A stretch of 57,922 nt of DNA, filler included, from Sphacelaria rigidula (taxonomy: Eukaryota): NCBI GenBank assembly GCA_964200075.2. It is 9 parts of 9 records of this genome, joined end to end, with 100 filler letters (N's around TTAATTAATTAA, not from the genome) between each part and the next. Parts side by side here need not be neighbours in the genome. Positions count along the whole stretch, not along the records: positions 45,130 to 51,476 come from CAXNAA020020629.1; positions 51,577 to 57,922 come from CAXNAA020020630.1; 7 more parts are not named here. The stretch is one strand, 5' to 3'. The notes beneath the pieces were generated by a model that saw only the letters and a program-made list of their open reading frames with translations, had not been told where the DNA came from and did not search any database. Numbering within the stretch: the stretch's first letter is position 1; each line of letters starts with the position of its first letter. This document shows positions 50,548 to 57,922 of this stretch, piece after piece. The translations under genes and the position numbers were made by a program.

Positions 50548-50886
50548 CCCGTTTTGTTTTCTTCTGCGTGACACCCTTGTCCATACGGTTTTTTTAAGCC
50601 ATCGCTTGTTATAGTCCAACCAAAATGGACGATTCTACACGAAAATATTCGTTCAAAATTTCCTCTCGAGCCAGCCCAAGGGTTATGTCCAAAATCGTGG
50701 GTTAAAAGGCATAACTCATTACGAAAACATTTTTTTTCGTATTTGTTCTCTCCTGCGCGGCACCCTTATCCATACCGTTTTTTAAGCCATCATTTATTAT
50801 ATTCCAATCAAAATTGACGATTTCACAGTGCAATATTCGTTCAAAAGTTTACCCCGAGCCAGCCCAACCGTAACGTCCAAAATCAT
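50548..50886. repeat. Diverged ~189-bp tandem duplication
   Basis: caccctt.tccatac at 50572 and 50761, gagccagcccaa at 50668 and 50856. Confidence 0.8.
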
Positions 50887-50895
50887 CAACATAAA

Positions 50896-51023
50896 CCCTT
50901 TTGGGACTGAAGTTCACTAACACCACGCTCACGACGTGTTAGTAAAATAAGAATAAACAAGTTTGGGAGCGACCCGTCCAATCAAGGTGAGGCGAAATTT
51001 ATCCACCACATCAGAACGACCAG
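50896..51023 (+). mobile_element. piggyBac-like MITE end running into a G-tract
   Basis: cccttttgggactg...acgaccagt followed by poly-G. Matches 38711-38839. Confidence 0.7.
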
Positions 51024-52504
51024 TGGGGGGGGGGGGGGGGGGGGGTTTTGCGGGGATGAAGGTCCCTGCAAGTGGGGTCACCGCCTGCCTGGCCCGCAGA
51101 ANNNNNNNNNNATGTCACCGCAAAGTTGGTGCACCCTGTCCCTGGCCCACAGAAAAGCCTTCGAAGCAAAAGAAAGCCTACATTCTTGGGGCTCGGATTC
51201 CTGAATTTTTCATCATTTACTTGCAGTTCATGTAGGCCCGACCTCCCATCCCCCGAATTTTTGTTAGGTCACCATCCTATAGTAAACCCTAGTTGATAGC
51301 ACCAACATGAAATGCTCGGGGGAAATTCGGGAATAAATGTACCCCGCTATATAATACTGTATATGTGATCATGTTCACGAGGCATTTGACTCTGGCAACG
51401 CTATATAATACTCATGAGTTCTGCGTATCCCTCTGTCGAAGCGGTACAAGCGGCGGTGAGGTCGTATGTAGTCGACNNNNNNNNNNNNNNNNNNNNNNNN
51501 NNNNNNNNNNNNNNNNNNNNTTAATTAATTAANNNNNNNNNNNNNNNNNNNNNNNNNNNNNNNNNNNNNNNNNNNNATTACCAAACTCTCGAGAGACTGG
51601 CATCATCGATCTTACGAGCTTGTGCCAGTTTTTTCATGTGCCAGAACATCGACGTGCGGAGAGATTCCGTCGTCTCTTCTTGCCTTTCGAGCTCACGAAT
51701 GCGAAGATCGGATCCTCTCTGCCTCTCCTTTTGGACAGGACGCGCCTCTGACTAATGCCGAGATAGCACCCCCACAAAAAGTGCACCGGAGACCAGTCGA
51801 CAAACCGGCTGCGATCCCACTATTGGGCTCGTTTACAGCGATTTCGCTCACATGAAAGGCGTGTAGCAGTCCGAAATGAGCTATAACGCCCAAATGAGTT
51901 GAGTCGTGCAGCACGAAACCAGCTATAACGGCATTTATGATCATCGCCTCCGTGCACCTTTTTGGCCGGTTCGGGGGGGGGCTATCTCGGCAGCAGTCCT
52001 CTGTGCGCTGAAAAATATGTCCTTGAAAAATAGGGCAATGTTCCCGTCACCGCTACTACCGTTCTCTGTCACACACATGCCAGCAAGGGCGGTGCTGCGG
52101 CAATAACAGATATATCCAATTTGAACTTAGGCGGTGTTATTCATCATTGATATACGCCGACCTCCCCCAGCCCGGCGCTCGAGCAGAAGGGCCTGCCACA
52201 CGCCAGTTGAGGGGGGTGTATGAGAGATCAAACACTTGTAGAGGCCTTTTTGACATGCAGAGTGAAAAAGGATACCTATGGTGGTGACCTAACTGTTGCT
52301 AGCGTGGCGCATAGGCAATCTGCAGCACACGGTCGTCGCGTGGACAGCTCGGTACAATAGGAGTAGCTTCCCACAAGTAATAACTATTCCGATGTCAGGA
52401 TATCATGGATTATCACAACTTGGGAGGAGAGACGAGAGTACTCTACAACCAACCGCATGTCGTTTGCTCGACACCTCTCACTGGTCTGTCGTACAGTATT
52501 CAAA

Positions 52505-52712
52505 CAAAATTTTCGAATCGTGATCCAGGAGGCAAACCCGAGGTCGCCGATGTTCGGTTGGTCGGAGTTTTGATCAATTTGACTGGTTTCTTGGGGTGAC
52601 TGCAGCAGCCGGTAGTGGCTGGAGATCCAGGATTCCCGGAACATTTTTACGCTGACCAACTAGACACTGGCGACCTCCGGCTTGCCTTCAGAATCATGTA
52701 TGCAGAAATTCG
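52505..52712. repeat. Diverged fold-back element
   Basis: gatccaggaggcaaacccgaggtcgccgatgttcggttggtc versus the reverse complement gattctgaaggcaagccggaggtcgccagtgtctagttggtc. Confidence 0.65.
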
Positions 52713-53800
52713 CTTCCTTGCTCTGAACACCAGCGGGAGGTTTGGTCGGCGAGTCATGCTATGGTAGGGGTTGCACATTCGGGCCCAGATCTTTCTCTCT
52801 CAGGAGCTCTCAAAGTTACGAACTACACAAGGATATGAGTCAGGACATTTCCGTTTTCAAATCATTGGGGATACCCCTAGCCCATTCGAATGCTAATCTT
52901 GGCGTGGCGTGCTCTCAAATACTTTATGTGTCGTGTTTGGATGAAATGGAGGACTCCTAACAATTCGAACCTCATAAAATGTTTGTCCACCCCAACCGTA
53001 GAACCACTCCGGCGACTGAATATCTGTGTTTTCCCCGATGTTTACCTGTACTTCATTTCTACACTTTCTACGAACCCCCCCCCCCTCCGGAAAAAACCCC
53101 CCAAAAGTGTCACGAAAAAAATGGCCATACAGCGCCTGATGTTTGGGTTCAGGGTGCATGAAGCGCCTCATATTGGCGACATTGGCGAGAAAGAACCCAA
53201 GCATGGAAATTCCTAGCTGCTCGTTGTGCTCGGCTTTTTCCATTTCGCTTTACGTGAACATTTTGCCTCCCCAAACCAGGCACTAGTTTGAAGGGGGCTA
53301 TCGTAGAAAGTGTCTTTTCTTCTCTTCATGGGAGAGTTCCTCCGTCCCGACCTTGAGGAGAAAATTCTTCTTGTCAAATTCATTATAGGTGGAGTTAATA
53401 CTTACCAAATCATGCTACATATATTGGAAGCCTGCATGCGCGTGAATTTCGGATGATTGGCTGCAGGATCTGAATGGAACGGAGTCGAAGGCAATGATCC
53501 AAAAAGGGCTTGCTGTAGTTCTGTCCTGCTACATACGTGTCCGAAAGCCTTCGCGGGTGTGTTTTGTCTGGTGAAGAAACAAGAAGCATGCATAACTGTT
53601 TATTCGTCATGGCCGAGTTCTCCAGTCCCCGCTCCGGGGAGAAGAGTCTGCTTCAAAACCCTCGTCTATCTGAACGTGTCAAAATCATGAGATATATACG
53701 TCGGCAAAATTTTCCCTGACAAAAAAAACGCGTCTCCGAAATTATCTTATAACGCTTTAGAGCTTCCCTCCGCGACTAATTTCAACAACGCAAGGCGAAA

Positions 53801-54120
53801 ATGGCCAGCATCAGCAGCAACAGAGGAACCGCAGGACATAGCGGCACGCGCTCAACAAAACCAGCTTATTCAACTGTCCGTTCGACATCGACCGGTTTTG
53901 GTCAAAGTCACCGGGTCGACAGACCGGCGTCTAGTTTGGGTCCTGCCCTTGCCAAACCCTATTACCCTGTTCCGGGAGACATCAGCAGTTGGAGTGGTGG
54001 CGGCGAGGAATGGGACAAAGGCGTGGAGTTATCAAACGATGTTATACCGGCCGGCGCGACCACGGCTCAGGGCAGGAGGCCGCGTAGAGGTTCAATCCTA
54101 CCACCTAGGACACCGATGAG
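53801..54120 (+). CDS. Probable first exon of an unknown protein (MASISSNRGTAG...PPRTPMR)
   Basis: aaaATGG context, 106 open codons, AG|gtaggt donor. Confidence 0.5.
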
Positions 54121-57109
54121 GTAGGTATACCAAGTTGAGTTGAGCAACGTCCTCTGTAAGTCCTCGACACTGTGTTCGAGTTCCTACGTACTGCCCAGAT
54201 GGTTCTGTTTCGTCGGCACCCGAGCCATGTTGTACATATTATGATGCCATGAGTACCCATAGCACACATGCGAGGAATACGTGCGTAAGGTAAACACGCC
54301 ACCATGTCACATGCTACGGATTGTGCCTTCAGCAGCCAGTCACTTTCTCGTACGCTGTAGCAAACAAAGGTTAGAAACTAGTGTACTCCATGTGACGTCT
54401 GTTTCATATTCCTCCGGCAACGCCAAGTCTCCCCCGCTTCTATCACCTCAGTGCGTGTCATGACGGACCATATATCCTTTCCCTCGCCACACTTTCAACC
54501 CTCCCTCTTCCTCCTGACGAGTGTGTAGTCTCGAGGGATCAACCCATCCCTCCCTCGGTGCACGCCTTGCATTTTGGTACCGCGGGTTGGATAATGACTA
54601 CTCCCACACCGCGTCGATTCTTTTCGAATAAGCTCTCCTTGCTTCTCACGTCCCCACGTGTTCAACGATGGAAATCAGATTCTCCTCGGAAAAACACACA
54701 AGTGCATCTGCGGGGCGTCGAACCCTCAATATTTCACCCTGGCCAGTTTGACACACCGGGGGCCAAACTATGCAGGGCGCGAAATTTCGCTGTTGCTGCC
54801 CCGCTTCATGACTCGGACTGCATATTCTCCTCATGCCCCGCCACCAACAATTGCAAGATTGTACACAATCAACGAGTGCAGGGCGACCGACCCCAGAAAT
54901 AATATTAAATGGAAACGGAAAATTGAAAATTGTATCGTGTGGCTCGTTACACCTCTTTATTCGTTGTCATGGGGAGCCTGGGATTGCGACATAATTGTTC
55001 GGGTGATGACTCTTCGTCCTCTCCCGCGTATCACACCCAGGTTGTGCGCCAAATACTGCACCTCAGGCTCGATGCCACTCCATGTATGAACGTTTTGTTT
55101 CACCTTTGGCTCCCTCTACTCGAAGTTCGATGGTGCGGCAGCATGCTGTGGCAACATGGAGCAAGAACAAGACAAGCGCCCCACCCATCGTAAACCCGAG
55201 TATTCATATGCTACAGTGAGTACGCTCGCCGATTTGTACCTTAATGCAGAAATTCCTCGGACGTTTCTGGTGCCACCATTACATTTCTCTTACACTGAAT
55301 TCGTCGCTTTGTCCGATTGCGCTCAACCGGTGGTACTATGAAGCAGGATGATCAAGCCCTTGCGTATGGTCAAACAGCCGCATCGATCCCTGCGGTCCTA
55401 TACCACTGGAATGCCTCGACGCATCGGAGGAGGAGAGAATAACCAACCCGGCACTTCGAATGCTAGCGTTGACAAACAGTCGTCGTCAGGTATGACATAG
55501 AGTGGATTGAATAATAACACTTCGTGCTCTTGGAAGCAACATCCATGGCATGAACTGCAGTAGAAACGAGAGGCGAAACGTGGCCGTAACGAACCGCTAG
55601 GCAGTGCCCGATAGTCGAAAAGCGGTTCTTGTTGGATCAAACGGTGACTGAATGGTGGGATATATGTGTATATATGCTGCGTATAGTAGTACTACTTTTT
55701 TTTAAACCTTCTGAAACGAGGGCTCTCAGTCATCATCCCGTAGACAGACATTAGCTTTCCCGCTGAGGATGGTGACGAAACAACAAGCTCTCTCTCTAGC
55801 TACTGCATGTAGAACACAGTATATTTTCTTAGCATGTGACTGTTCTCTTTTTCATTCCTTTCAGTTTTTCTTATCTCCTCTTGTCGCCTGCTCTGTCTGT
55901 TCTACATTTCCGTTTTCGTTACTTCTTCTCTTCAGCGAGTGTTTCCATTTCTTTTTATCTCGGGTGTGTCTATCATGCGACCACGTCTGGATTCCTGGGA
56001 ATCACTTAAGGTGCGACGATCAATCAATGTACCAATCATTGGCGGTGGCGATAGGCGGTACGTGGCACGGGCGGTACCGACCTCGAGAGGGCCGGCCACG
56101 ACCGTGGTGCACTGTGCAACCCCCTGCAACGCTTCGCCGCTTGACTGTTCTCGAACACTGACCACTCGAGGACACTCGGGTATCGAGCACCCCAAGACAC
56201 CATGGTCATGTGCGATGACGTAGAAAAATACACGATAGTCGTTCCAAGGGACGTTTCCCTTTGTGGGTTGAGCCGTCTGCGTCGTTAAAAACAAATATCA
56301 CTTATTTTGCTTCTCGAACACTCCCATTCAGAGTGCCCCCCCTCGCCATCCCAAATTTCCCTACTCCCCTCTCTCCCATTCGCCAGTTTCGGTTGATTGT
56401 TCGGGGCGTGTGTGTGTGTGTCCAGGTAAGACTATTGCGTTTCCAGAGTGACTGCAAGTATCTCGGACTTCAGTCTAGACGCCATCATTAGGAATCATTT
56501 TATATTTATTTATAATGTGTATATCACCTGCACGGACCTCATTTTCTTCCTTTTGCTGGATTCACCTCCGGTCGCAACGCAGACTCCAACAACTGGCTCA
56601 GTGTTTCAAGGGTCGGACGAATGAATGATTCGTCTGGAAGTTACTTGATTCTCGCGTAATTGGTTCGTACCGTACGAATCGATCCTCAGGCCTTGTTTTC
56701 AGCGTTGAATGCCAGGTACGCGCAGCCCAGGCACGTACGCGGAATGGCGCAAAAATTGCGTGGAGATCTTTTTGACCAGCGGTCGACTATTTTTTCTCTT
56801 TCGAGCAATCAGGCCTGAAAAATAAAAAATCGTAGATTTGGTGGTTCGAACCGGCAATGATGCATCCGAACCGTGCGGTGTTTCCCTCTCTCAACTCCTC
56901 CTTCTTCTCCCGCACGCCTTCCCCGGGGGCGTCTACACCCGCCCCAACTTCCAGCGCGTCGTGCACCTGCGCTGGATTTGTCCCACAACATCGGTGTGGG
57001 GGGTGCGGGTTGGCCTCAGCTGGAGAACCCTTGGTCGAGTAGATACATGGAGAGACGAAGATCCAACACCGTGAGTCCCCTGTCAATGACAGCACCATGC
57101 TTTAGTACT

Positions 57110-57415
57110 TACAAAAACGTTTTCGTGAAATTGAGAGTTGAAGGTATGATTGAGAGTGAAAAGCGGTCAACTAGTGAATAAACCGTTTCAGTTCGGAAAT
57201 GCACCTCCACCAGGCCCAATATTCTCTCTGTCGTATTTTGCCACTGAGACCCTCGATACCCCTGAGTGAGATATGAAAGTGCAGCTATAAGCAGATGGCA
57301 GTGATGAGACGACGAAAAGCACATACGGAATGGAAAAATGGCCAAGTTGAAGCGAATGATCAAAGCCACTCTCAATCCGCACTCGACTCTCAATCTCATG
57401 AACACCTTGTTTGAC
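57110..57415. mobile_element. Fold-back MITE (ttgagagt-rich arms)
   Basis: ttcgtgaaattgagagttgaaggtatgattgagagtg versus cactctcaatccgcactcgactctcaatctcatgaa. A family copy lies at 6274-6347. Confidence 0.7.
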
Positions 57416-57807
57416 GTGCAACCGAGAGGAGTGTCGAACTAGGCGGGGATCACGACCTTTAGCAGGACGTTCAGTGCTAAGGAAATCTGCGGGAGCGAGG
57501 GCACCGCACGCACTCCACGCTTTCCTTCTGAGACGTTGAATTGCTCGATCGCTCGAGTGTTTCGTACGGAGGCATGGTCGTGAAACTGCCCCTGCATCCC
57601 AAGCTATCGCAGGTAGCTTCGTATGCGCTGTGTGTTCGTGGGGAACGTGGATTGTCCCAAGTATCGTGATGTTGCTCTCCTAAATGGATTGGTCGACGTT
57701 GAATGCGTTGAAAGCCCTTCCTTGCGTACTTTTCAATGACTTAAAGGTGCCGTACGGTGTGCATATCACTTTTGAAATGATCGCCCCCTGCCCCCCCCCC
57801 CCCCCAT

Positions 57808-57922
57808 GATGGTGAGGCACCTGTGAGGCAGTGTAAAAGCTGTGGCTGTCTCGGGAAGTGGCAATACCAGATAATAAAGTAACTCATTGGAAGCTGTCAT
57901 CCAAATGCAAGATAATCAGTAG
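57808..57922 (+). mobile_element. 5'-truncated copy of the C-tract-targeting family, beginning right after poly-C and cut by the window end
   Basis: Aligns with 25075-25190. Confidence 0.75.

Noticed and set aside
56838..57098. Overlapping GC-rich ORFs (HAFPGGVYTRPNFQRVVHLRW)
   Set aside because: Coding-like, but with no clear splice sites or recognisable family.

Overview
Eukaryotic, intron-rich DNA of roughly 50% GC. It is most likely a brown alga or other stramenopile (inferred from a bipartite AF-type plastid presequence, kb-scale introns and TTAGGG tracts). The window is NOT contiguous: nine contigs of 6347 bp (the last 6346) are joined by artificial 100-bp spacers (44N-TTAATTAATTAA-44N), so neighbourhood holds only within a contig. 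Spliced genes I can reconstruct: a HINT-type histidine-triad hydrolase (essentially complete, with an N-terminal extension that has no in-frame AUG), three exons of CCT2 (one GC-AG intron), part of a non-RD protein kinase (a second probable GC-AG intron), a head-to-head pair of organelle-targeted first exons, and several orphan exons. The rest is repeats: long fold-back MITEs (one nested, with a TGA TSD), piggyBac-like and hAT-like ends, (CAA)n-tailed retroposon ends and a decayed XPG-like nuclease plus Cys-rich ORF resembling AcademX. The most striking signal is an abundant non-coding family with a fixed palindromic 3' end (...CATGATCATGAGTA|CACCCC), variable 5' truncation, no poly-A and insertion in C-tracts with TSDs. 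One copy has a twin-priming-type inversion. Another folded back and inserted a ~165-bp inverted copy of its own downstream flank between perfect 11-bp TSDs.
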